64,000 bases of DNA from NCBI GenBank assembly GCA_964362905.1, contig CAYIHQ010000002.1:46076-110075 (forward strand), written 5' to 3'. Below, piece by piece: positions 1 to 8,570 of this stretch. Source of the stretch: an uncultured Ignavibacteriaceae bacterium. GTDB lineage: Bacteria; Bacteroidota; Ignavibacteria; UBA10030. Both the position numbers and the translations under genes were made by a program. Below the pieces are notes generated by a model, which worked only from the letters and a program-made list of their open reading frames with translations, did not search any database and was not told the DNA's origin. Each line of letters opens with the position of its first letter. Within the stretch, counting starts at the first letter, position 1.

Positions 1-2118
1 AATCAGATAGTAGTTACTCCAGTTGCCGCTGGCAATGGAGAATTACTCAATACTGCTCTTATTACTGGATCGGAAAAAATCGATGGGCGAGATGTTGAGT
101 TAACTCTCAGGAATGATACTTCTTTAGGCGGCGGACATCCTATTCCAAAAAGTCCCACAGAGCAACAAGCATTTGCTAATGGTGCTCTTATTGATAGTAA
201 TGGTACAAGATATCACATAAATGCTATATTCAATGATGTTATTAGTACGCAAGTAATTATACGTATTGACAAGGAACCAAGCCAACCCAATCCGCAAATT
301 ATAAATATTCTTCCTTTTAAACTGATTAAAAGAGAGGTATTTGTAACTGACGATGTTAATGGTGCTCCTCAAGGTAAGATGTATTGGCCAATTGCTACTA
401 TTGATTGGAATTCATCTCAATTAATCACTCATGACTCAAAGATTTCTGATTTACGAAATGTAATCAGACCTCTTCAACAATTTGAAGAAGAAATCAACCA
501 GAAAGTTGATCTAATTCCTACAGGTGGCGGAAGCATCAGTTTCGATGGTTCTGTTATGAGTTGGACTAGCATCTTTAAGTTAATAAGTGCTTATAGTGCC
601 TCTCAGCAAATTTCCGTAGGTTCTGCGGCCCTCCCAGATGGCGGCTCACTAGTGTATGAGCTAGATTTGGTCAATGGCGGCATTATTTCGAAAGGTAATC
701 TAGCGTTAACAGTATTAACCTCTGGCGCTACAATTACAATGGGAGCTTTAGATGATTTAACTAATATTAGAGTAGGAAATATTCTAAAATTAGGAGCAGA
801 AATAGTAAAGATTACCACAGTAAATAATGTGAATAAACAGATGTCAGTTACTCCTTCTTTAGTTGGAACAGGAGCTTGTACTGTATATCTGGATGCTTTT
901 GATTCACAATCGGCACCTCTTAGTCTTGATTCTTTCGTACTTGCCGTACGACAAGGAACTAAAATATGGGTAGGTGGCGGAGCATTAGAACTAGAAACTG
1001 GAGAAACTAGTCAATTAGGCGACGGTTTAACTAGCGCCATATTGACTTATTTAGGAGCTACCGACGAATTAGATTCTACTCCTAACTACAGCTCTATAAC
1101 TAATGTTACTCAAGGAGATCCTCTACCGGACGCTATAAGTGATTTAGATGCTGCTATGAACGCAGTTCAGAATGCTTTGGCCACTCCATTATATGACGAG
1201 AGGATTTTATACCCTACAGGTTTACTGGCTTCAACTAATATCACAATACCTAACAATTCTAGAGATTCTGGGAATCCTCATACATATACTCCAGGTTCTG
1301 GAGATATGATAGTATTCTTAAATCAGCAGATTAAATTTATCGGCATAGATTACTTAGAAGTTGACGGATCTACAATAAAATTCAACTATGCGTTGAGTAA
1401 TGATTCCGAAGTTCACTTTAGAGATGCGGTTATTGGTGGAGGTTCTGGAGGTGGTGGTGGAAATAGTTTACAAGATTCTTATAATGCTGGAAGAACTATT
1501 ACGGTTACTCCTGGATTTCCTGTAGAAATTTCTGGAGCTTCTGGGAAACTACTAAAAATTAACGGTGATATGGATGTTACTGGAGTTATCGACCCAAAAG
1601 GTATTACTTTTGACCCTCAAGGAGCTAACCCTTTAGGTTCAAATAAAGGTTTATGGATAAATCTTAGTGATGAGTTAATTTACGAGGATAATGTCGTAAG
1701 TAAAAATTTAACTCAAGCTATTGAGAATTTAGAATCTGGTTCTGGCGTATCTGCTTTAACTAGACTTATGTTTAACGGCACTGGAAGTACTATCCCTAAA
1801 GGTACTCCAGTATATAGTCCTTCTGCAGGCCAAATTGCTCCTGCTAGAGGAACTGTTAATGCTGAAGCAAGAGTTATTGGACTAGCTGCAGAAAATATTG
1901 CTCCGTCATCAAATGGCAATATTGCCATAGCAGGAACTTTAACAGGAATATCAGGTTATACTCATGGCTCTTACTTGTATCTCGGAGATGATGCAGGAGA
2001 GGCAGTTGATGTAGAACCTACTTTAGGACCATACCCATCAGGATTTAACGTTGTTATTCTTGGTGTTATTGAAAACAATAATATAATACTTCAGACACAT
2101 CATGTGGGAGTATTATAA
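1..2118 (+). CDS. tail fibre / tail spike protein, 5'-partial (frame open to window edge; first in-window ATG at 379)
   Basis: Frame 1 has no stop from nt 1 to 2118. Gly/Ser/Thr/Asn-rich with a poly-Gly linker GGGSGGGGGNS. First gene of the + strand fibre block. Confidence 0.6.
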   Translation, partial: NQIVVTPVAAGNGELLNTALITGSEKIDGRDVELTLRNDTSLGGGHPIPKSPTEQQAFANGALIDSNGTRYHINAIFNDVISTQVIIRIDKEPSQPNPQIINILPFKLIKREVFVTDDVNGAPQGKMYWPIATIDWNSSQLITHDSKISDLRNVIRPLQQFEEEINQKVDLIPTGGGSISFDGSVMSWTSIFKLISAYSASQQISVGSAALPDGGSLVYELDLVNGGIISKGNLALTVLTSGATITMGALDDLTNIRVGNILKLGAEIVKITTVNNVNKQMSVTPSLVGTGACTVYLDAFDSQSAPLSLDSFVLAVRQGTKIWVGGGALELETGETSQLGDGLTSAILTYLGATDELDSTPNYSSITNVTQGDPLPDAISDLDAAMNAVQNALATPLYDERILYPTGLLASTNITIPNNSRDSGNPHTYTPGSGDMIVFLNQQIKFIGIDYLEVDGSTIKFNYALSNDSEVHFRDAVIGGGSGGGGGNSLQDSYNAGRTITVTPGFPVEISGASGKLLKINGDMDVTGVIDPKGITFDPQGANPLGSNKGLWINLSDELIYEDNVVSKNLTQAIENLESGSGVSALTRLMFNGTGSTIPKGTPVYSPSAGQIAPARGTVNAEARVIGLAAENIAPSSNGNIAIAGTLTGISGYTHGSYLYLGDDAGEAVDVEPTLGPYPSGFNVVILGVIENNNIILQTHHVGVL

Positions 2119-2139
2119 TTATCTAATGGAGGAGAGAAC

Positions 2140-2334
2140 ATGGATAATTTAAAGGCTTTAGAAACTGTTATGGATCATAAGAAGGCAAAAAAAGTTCTTA
2201 TGTTAGCGGCTAATTACGATAAGTATATTAGCAAGTTTAGCAAAGAAATGAATGAATTACTTGGTTCTTCAGGTTTCGAAGTTAAAACGGGGATCGCTTT
2301 TGTTCAAAAAGAGACCCCTAAAAAATCTGAATAA
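2140..2334 (+). CDS. small hypothetical protein (64 aa)
   Basis: ORF preceded by the strong RBS GGAGGAG. Charged and helical, located between fibre genes. Confidence 0.45.
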   Translation: MDNLKALETVMDHKKAKKVLMLAANYDKYISKFSKEMNELLGSSGFEVKTGIAFVQKETPKKSE

Positions 2335-2344
2335 GGGGAAATAA

Positions 2345-4096
2345 ATGGCACAAATTACATCACTTGCAAAAGTGTTGAGCGGTTTGGTTAGGAATTACGA
2401 TTTTACCGCTGACGAATTGGTATTCGGCTCGGTACGATTTGGCGGATTAGCAGGTACAGAACTTACTAAAACTATTTTAGATAGTTTGATTGCTAATTCT
2501 CATGCATCTGGTTCTGATAACCAGAACGTTGTTGCTGGATCAGGTCTTACTGGAGGCGGTTCTGGCGCTACAGTCACATTAGATGTCGGCGCAGGTTCTG
2601 GTATTACTGTTAATGCTAATGACATTGCTGTAGATAGCACTGTTATTAGGGCTAGTGGAGCTAATGCTTTTACTGCCGATCAATCTATGGGCGGATTCAA
2701 GCTTACTAACGTAGCAACGCCCGTTTCTGGTACTGACGCAGCTAATAAAAATTATGTTGATTCTTCAATACAAGGTCTCGACATTAAGCAGTCTGTTAGA
2801 GCCGCTACTACTGCAAATATTACATTAAGCGGAGCGCAAACTATTGATGGCGTGTCTATTATTGCCGGAGATAGAGTTTTAGTTAAAAATCAAACTACTG
2901 GGTCTGAAAATGGTATTTATGTAGCCGCTGCTGGCGCATGGTCACGATCTTCTGACGCTGATGTTAGTGCTGAAGTCACTGCAGGAATGTTTACATTCGT
3001 TGAGGAAGGTACTGCAAGTGCTGATAGTGGTTGGACATTAATTACCGACAATCCAATTACATTAGGTACAACTTCTTTATCATTTTCACAATTCTCAGGT
3101 GCTGGCTCTATTACTGCAGGAGCTGGATTATTAAAAACTGGGAACACAATTGATGTACAAACAGCAGACGATTCTATTACAGTTAATGCTGATAGTATTC
3201 AAGTTAAACGAGATGCTGCAGGCGCTTTAGGTCTTACAGCTTCTGGAGTTAAGGCTAATGTAGACGGTTCTACAATTGAAATAGCTACTAATGCTCTACA
3301 ATTAAAGGCACTAGGAATTACTAACGCTCATGTTAGTGCTACTGCTGCAATTGCGTACAGCAAACTATCTTTATCAAATAGCATAGTTGATGCGGACATT
3401 AATTCTGCAGCAGCTATTGCTTATAGTAAATTGAGTCTTTCAGGCTCTATTGTAAACGCAGATATTAGTGCTTCTGCGGCTATAGCCTACAGCAAATTAA
3501 GTCTATCTAACTCAATTGTGAATGCTGATATTAATGCTTCAGCCGCAATTGCATACAGTAAATTATCTTTATCTAACAGTATTCAACTTGCAGATATGAC
3601 TGCTGATTCTGTTGATGAAAATAAGATTAAATCTACTTCTCATGATGCATCTCTTTCTGGCGGATCGGGCTCAGTACTTTCAGTAGTATCTTCTCCTTCT
3701 GGTAAGAAAACTATGGTAGCTGGAGAAGCCTTTGCTGCTAATACTTCTTTCTTAGTACGTTTTGCCGTTAGCGGCGAGACTGCGGGTCGAGTTTATAAAG
3801 CGACATCAGCTAGTGCTGTTGCTGACGGTAAATTCTGGTCTATAGGAGTAGCTATCGGTACTGGACAAGTTGCTGGGAATAATATTGATGTTATTCTATT
3901 GGGATCACATACACTAGGCTCTTCTGACACTGCTTTCGGTGCTGGCGATATTGGTAAAGCTTTATGGCTTACTACTGCTGGCGGATTCTCTGTTACTGCG
4001 CCAAGTGCTTCTGGAGATGCCGCATTTAGAGTAGGTTCTGTTGAAATTACTACTAAAATGTTCATTGACGGAAAACAATTGACTGGTATATCATAA
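2345..4096 (+). CDS. tail fibre protein with four tandem 20-aa repeats
   Basis: RBS AAGGGG. Gly/Ser/Ala/Thr-rich beta-rich composition. Internal repeat AAIAYSKLSLSNSIVNADIN x4. Confidence 0.65.
   Translation: MAQITSLAKVLSGLVRNYDFTADELVFGSVRFGGLAGTELTKTILDSLIANSHASGSDNQNVVAGSGLTGGGSGATVTLDVGAGSGITVNANDIAVDSTVIRASGANAFTADQSMGGFKLTNVATPVSGTDAANKNYVDSSIQGLDIKQSVRAATTANITLSGAQTIDGVSIIAGDRVLVKNQTTGSENGIYVAAAGAWSRSSDADVSAEVTAGMFTFVEEGTASADSGWTLITDNPITLGTTSLSFSQFSGAGSITAGAGLLKTGNTIDVQTADDSITVNADSIQVKRDAAGALGLTASGVKANVDGSTIEIATNALQLKALGITNAHVSATAAIAYSKLSLSNSIVDADINSAAAIAYSKLSLSGSIVNADISASAAIAYSKLSLSNSIVNADINASAAIAYSKLSLSNSIQLADMTADSVDENKIKSTSHDASLSGGSGSVLSVVSSPSGKKTMVAGEAFAANTSFLVRFAVSGETAGRVYKATSASAVADGKFWSIGVAIGTGQVAGNNIDVILLGSHTLGSSDTAFGAGDIGKALWLTTAGGFSVTAPSASGDAAFRVGSVEITTKMFIDGKQLTGIS
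3340..3590 (+). repeat. four tandem ~60-bp coding repeats inside the fibre gene
   Basis: Near-identical 60-nt units encoding ...AAIAYSKLSLS(N/G)SIV(D/N)ADI(N/S)... read directly from the sequence. Confidence 0.8.
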
Positions 4097-4116
4097 TATA
4101 CAGTGTAGAATTTTTA

Positions 4117-4147
4117 AAGGGGTTCTTGACAGAGCCCCTTTTTATTT
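4117..4147 (+). terminator. rho-independent terminator after the fibre gene
   Basis: Hairpin ggggttc-ttgaca-gagcccc followed by tttttatttg immediately after the stop at 4096. Confidence 0.5.
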
Positions 4148-4157
4148 GTGGGGAGAT

Positions 4158-4463
4158 ATGGGAAAATTTTTAAGACTTATTAATGGGCTTCCTGTAATGC
4201 AAGATGAAGCGGCTGGTGGAACACCTTATTCTGAATCTATTTATTATGTTTCTGGTTTAGCAGCAAATACAAATATAACACTTCCTAATAGTGGTTCATT
4301 TACTGATGCTAATGCCAAAGATTTGTTAGTAATTCTTAACGATCAAGTAAAAGAAGTAACTCGTGATTTTGATGTTGTTGGCGCAGGTCCCACATACACA
4401 CAAATAAAATTTATATATGATTTAACTAATGATAGTGTTCTTGTTTTGAGAAAGAATATCTAA
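4158..4463 (+). CDS. hypothetical protein sharing a ~70-aa domain with the C-terminal part of the first fibre ORF
   Basis: ATG at 4158 after a GGGGAG motif; the ORF track used a TTG at 4146. Motifs NTNITLPNSGSF...LVILNDQVK...IKFIYDLTNDS parallel STNITIPNNSRD...IVFLNQQIK...IKFNYALSNDS in ORF 1..2118. Confidence 0.45.
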   Translation: MGKFLRLINGLPVMQDEAAGGTPYSESIYYVSGLAANTNITLPNSGSFTDANAKDLLVILNDQVKEVTRDFDVVGAGPTYTQIKFIYDLTNDSVLVLRKNI

Positions 4464-4464
4464 T

Positions 4465-4659
4465 ATGTCTCTTAAAGAAACACTATCAACTCAATATTGG
4501 AATAATATTTTAAAAAAATGTAAAAACTGCAGTAAGGCAATTTATACAATAGAAAATAATGAAGTATATTACCATTGTAGTATGTATGGTAAATTTAAAA
4601 AAGATTGTAATCTTAATCTACCTAATAGAACTTTACCCAAACCAGAAGAGATCAAATAA
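4465..4659 (+). CDS. small Cys-rich protein (64 aa), possible zinc-binding
   Basis: CKNC...HC...C pattern. Start overlaps the previous stop (taatATG). Confidence 0.35.
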   Translation: MSLKETLSTQYWNNILKKCKNCSKAIYTIENNEVYYHCSMYGKFKKDCNLNLPNRTLPKPEEIK

Positions 4660-4677
4660 TAATAGGAGAAGTAACAG

Positions 4678-7653
4678 ATGAGCATAATTCCAAGTTCCCA
4701 AGGAGCGATTCAGGCTAGTAATATGGCCGTGCAAGATGCTTTGCCGCTCATTGGATCGCCATCAAGGGAAAATTTACAGAGTGTTGTGAATTCCATTGAT
4801 AGTGACCTGGCAAAGTTATTCGAAAATAATAATGTCCAACTAATAGATGGCGGACTAATAACTTATTTAGGTACTACTGTACAATTTACGCAAGCTTTAA
4901 AACTACATATCAACTCTAAAATAGCTGGTGGAGCGCCTGTAATTATTGATCTAGCTTCTACTACTAGAACTGTTTCTGCCGATGGTAGAATGATTTATGC
5001 TACTATTAATAGAACTGCTGGTACTGCTACAATTACTGATGATGCAAGTACTTTACCTACTGTAGTAGCAGCTAATAAAGAAGTGTTTTTAATTGCCAAA
5101 AGAATGGATTCTGGAGACGGAATCAAAAGATTGTACTTTAGAAATGGATCAGCTTTTGATGAAGGCCAAACAGCAAGATTAGGTTCTGCTGGTTCTGGTA
5201 CTGGAGTCGGAGGCGTAGATGTTCCTGCTCCAGGTTATAAATGGAAAGAATCTGATACCTTTGGAGATTTACCAACAGCTTCGGATAGTAAAATATTGAC
5301 TGCTTCGGGATATACTAGTGCTGTTCATAATATAGCTAAAAAACTATATGCTATGTCAGTAGATAAAACTAAAACTGTTGCTGCTGGTTCTACTGGAACT
5401 ACATTAAATATTTCTTCTGCTCCTAGTTTTACTGTTCAAACTGGAGATATTGCCTATATCCAAAAATATCAGAGAAGAACCTTGGCCTGTGGAACAGGGA
5501 CAGATAAAATCCTTTATTCCGACGATGGTACTACCTGGTCAGCATCAGGATCTAATGCCTCTACCATATTTACTACTAGAGTAAGAGATGCTGTATGGAA
5601 TGGTAGCAAATTTGTAGCAGTTGGAAATGGAACAAATACAACTGCATATTCTACTGATGGTAAGACATGGACTGGTGGAACAGATATTTTTAGTGCTGGC
5701 GGTGGTCAAGGGAGATCAATTGCTTGGAATGGCAGTATTTTTGTAGCTACAGGAGATGGGACAAATAAATTAGCTTATTCTTCAGATGGAATATCTTGGA
5801 CTGCAGCAACAAATCCTTTTACAACACGAATAAACACTGTTGCATTTAATGGTATTAGATGGGTAGTAGGCGGAAGTGGTACTGCTACTTTAGCTTATTC
5901 TTCAGATGGTGTTAATTGGACTACTATAAGCAGTCCCTTTACTACAGAAGTAGATTCTGTTATCTGGACTGGAAAAATATGGGTCGCTGTTGGTTCTGGG
6001 TCATTCACTTCTGCTACATCTACTGACGGTATTACCTGGGTAGGTTCAAATAATTTGATATTAACATCCGCTATGTTAGTATGGGATGGGTTAAAAATAG
6101 TAGCTATAGGTACATATTTAGGAACTAATTATGCTCACTCTGTTGATGGTATAAATTGGGCTCCTACTTATGTACCATCAATAGGAGCTATAACTGCTCC
6201 ATCTAATTTTGGTTTTGATGGGAATAAATTTTATCTTGGAGATGATACTGGAGCTAAATTTTCCTCATATGATGGAGCTACTTGGTCCTCAATGACGGGC
6301 GGTTCTCAAACTGCTACTAATGGAATATGTTGTTCACCAAGTCCCTATACCTTCCCTGCTATCGAGACTTTACTCCAAATTGAAACTTCATCAGCAGCTG
6401 GTCAATTTAGAAGAATATCAACTGTAGGATCTCAGACTAGTTTCACCCTCGATTCTGCCTTTACAGGTGGGGATGCAACTACTGGTGACAGAGTGATGAT
6501 TGCTCAGGCTCTATATACTAAGGATTTGGTGAATGTAGGTTCAAGTGCTCAAAGAACTAGAGCTAGAGATTATTTTAGTGGAAGTATTACTAATGTATTT
6601 TTAGATTATCAAGATAGTGTAACTTCTGGTGATGATGTTTCAGATAGAGTATTTTTAAATAGGATTGCGGCGTCAGCTTCAAATTCAGGTCTTGCTAGCT
6701 CTACTAGTGATCCAGTATCAAATACTTTTGGTCCCTTATTTACAAGGCCCATAAGAGCTAATACAATTAGCGATTACACTTTACTAACTAATACTACTCA
6801 AGAGAGGTTATTTTTAATATTCTTTCCAGACCCTCATAATCCAGATATTAGTTCTATAGCAAATATTTTAGATTATGAAGTTAGCTTCTTTGGAGATGAT
6901 TCAACTGTTAATTCAGGTGTTTTAGAAGATGCTATATGTTTTAGTGATAATTCTACAACACCACATAATTGTACTGTAGCAGTAGTAAGCAGTCAAACAG
7001 AAGTAACATTAGATTGGAGTTTCGTCCCTAATGTTAGAAATGGGGAATCTCAAGTTGAAGTCTATGTTGATGGTAAAAGAATAAATAAATTTATAAGTAC
7101 TCAAAAGACTCCCTCTACAGATACTTATTTTACTGAACAAGTTGATTCTTATGGTATTTATAGGAAGATTAGATTTAATTCTGATTTGAGTTCAACTCCA
7201 TTAGAAATTAAAGTTATTAAAAGACTTGGAGTTAATATTGATGTAGCTGTTTCTACTGTAAACAGAGTTAATCAATTAGTAGATTTTATAGTAGGGAGTG
7301 CTGCACAAGTTGCTAATGGGACTGCGACACACGCTACCCTAACAGATGCTATAACAGCAGCAGTTAGTGGACAAAGTATATTAATTTTAAATAATGTAAC
7401 TATTACTGATAGTCCTACAGTTAATAAAAAACTCAATATTTATGGTAAAGGCAATGGAAGTTCTATAACTGGTAGTTTGACAGTGACAAGTGCTGGAGCT
7501 AAAAGTAGTTTTGAGTTGTTAAGATTTAGTAGTTCAATTACATTTCAGGCTGGGGCAGACTATTGCTTTGGAAGATTGTGGCAAGCTACTGGACAGACTC
7601 TTAGTAATGATGTAAGTAATACAAGTAATGACTTGTCTGTGATACAGGAGTAA
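4678..7653 (+). CDS. large tail fibre / receptor-binding protein with six Asp-box (BNR)-like repeats
   Basis: RBS AGGAGAAG. Repeats YS(S/T)DGxxWT at roughly 40-aa spacing (LYSDDGTTWS, AYSTDGKTWT, AYSSDGISWT, AYSSDGVNWT, ATSTDGITWV, AHSVDGINWA, SSYDGATWS). Confidence 0.65.
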   Translation: MSIIPSSQGAIQASNMAVQDALPLIGSPSRENLQSVVNSIDSDLAKLFENNNVQLIDGGLITYLGTTVQFTQALKLHINSKIAGGAPVIIDLASTTRTVSADGRMIYATINRTAGTATITDDASTLPTVVAANKEVFLIAKRMDSGDGIKRLYFRNGSAFDEGQTARLGSAGSGTGVGGVDVPAPGYKWKESDTFGDLPTASDSKILTASGYTSAVHNIAKKLYAMSVDKTKTVAAGSTGTTLNISSAPSFTVQTGDIAYIQKYQRRTLACGTGTDKILYSDDGTTWSASGSNASTIFTTRVRDAVWNGSKFVAVGNGTNTTAYSTDGKTWTGGTDIFSAGGGQGRSIAWNGSIFVATGDGTNKLAYSSDGISWTAATNPFTTRINTVAFNGIRWVVGGSGTATLAYSSDGVNWTTISSPFTTEVDSVIWTGKIWVAVGSGSFTSATSTDGITWVGSNNLILTSAMLVWDGLKIVAIGTYLGTNYAHSVDGINWAPTYVPSIGAITAPSNFGFDGNKFYLGDDTGAKFSSYDGATWSSMTGGSQTATNGICCSPSPYTFPAIETLLQIETSSAAGQFRRISTVGSQTSFTLDSAFTGGDATTGDRVMIAQALYTKDLVNVGSSAQRTRARDYFSGSITNVFLDYQDSVTSGDDVSDRVFLNRIAASASNSGLASSTSDPVSNTFGPLFTRPIRANTISDYTLLTNTTQERLFLIFFPDPHNPDISSIANILDYEVSFFGDDSTVNSGVLEDAICFSDNSTTPHNCTVAVVSSQTEVTLDWSFVPNVRNGESQVEVYVDGKRINKFISTQKTPSTDTYFTEQVDSYGIYRKIRFNSDLSSTPLEIKVIKRLGVNIDVAVSTVNRVNQLVDFIVGSAAQVANGTATHATLTDAITAAVSGQSILILNNVTITDSPTVNKKLNIYGKGNGSSITGSLTVTSAGAKSSFELLRFSSSITFQAGADYCFGRLWQATGQTLSNDVSNTSNDLSVIQE

Positions 7654-7656
7654 TAT

Positions 7657-8559
7657 ATGGGATTAATTAAAACTAATCAAATATTAAAGAATTATATTAT
7701 TAATGGTAATTTTGATATTTGGCAAAGAGGAGATTCTGGAACAGCTGATTATGTTGCTGATAGGTTTAAGGTAATAGCGGCATCAAGTACTACTAAATCC
7801 ACTGATGTTCCAGGAAACGGTCAATCTAAATATTCTATGGATTTGGCACAGACGGCAGTAACTCATGGGTATTTTCAATATAGAATGGAAAGTGCCGATT
7901 CTATAAAATTAAATGGTAAAACAGTTACCCTTAGTTTCTGGGCAAAAAGCATTGTTGGAACCGGCACATTATATGTAGAAGGGGGTTACGCCAATGCAGT
8001 AGATAATTTTTCAGGTTATACTGGTGTCCTTACTACTATTTTTTTGGGAGTCCCTTCAACATCTTGGACAAGATATACTCTTACTTTTTTAGTTACCTCC
8101 ACTATGGCTACAAACGGAATATGGTTACAAATAGTAAGGAATAATAGTTCAGCTAATCAAACTAGATACTCGCAAATTATGCTCAACGAAGGTACAGTCG
8201 CAGCTCCATTTCAAACTGCCGGAGCAAATATTGAAGAAGAATTGACTATGTGTCAGAGGTATTATCAACGAAATCCTAGATTATGGGCTGAACAAGTTAA
8301 TGCTACTGAATATTATATTATATGGCAATTTTTAACGACTTTAAGAGCACCCCCAACAATCTCATTATTGACTACAACGCCATATTCTGAAAGAGTACCT
8401 CATGCTGCTGCCGCAACTGGAGTTGGCTCAACTATATCAAGTTTACATTCGGCGAATGATCATAGTTCCGCATTTAAAATAAATGGATTCTCCGGTTTGA
8501 TTGCTTATGATTTTGGATTTTTTGATGCAAGTCAATTAGCAGCAAGTGCTGAACTATAA
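7657..8559 (+). CDS. hypothetical structural / fibre-associated protein (300 aa)
   Basis: Lies between two fibre genes, is beta-rich, and starts 4 nt after the previous stop. Confidence 0.45.
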   Translation: MGLIKTNQILKNYIINGNFDIWQRGDSGTADYVADRFKVIAASSTTKSTDVPGNGQSKYSMDLAQTAVTHGYFQYRMESADSIKLNGKTVTLSFWAKSIVGTGTLYVEGGYANAVDNFSGYTGVLTTIFLGVPSTSWTRYTLTFLVTSTMATNGIWLQIVRNNSSANQTRYSQIMLNEGTVAAPFQTAGANIEEELTMCQRYYQRNPRLWAEQVNATEYYIIWQFLTTLRAPPTISLLTTTPYSERVPHAAAATGVGSTISSLHSANDHSSAFKINGFSGLIAYDFGFFDASQLAASAEL

Positions 8560-8570
8560 AGGATTAAGAT

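Noticed and set aside
124-372. 82-aa minus-strand ORF at the left edge
   Set aside because: Plus-strand frame 1 is open from nt 1 into the 379..2118 fibre ORF. The minus ORF is best explained as antisense noise within the 5'-truncated fibre gene.
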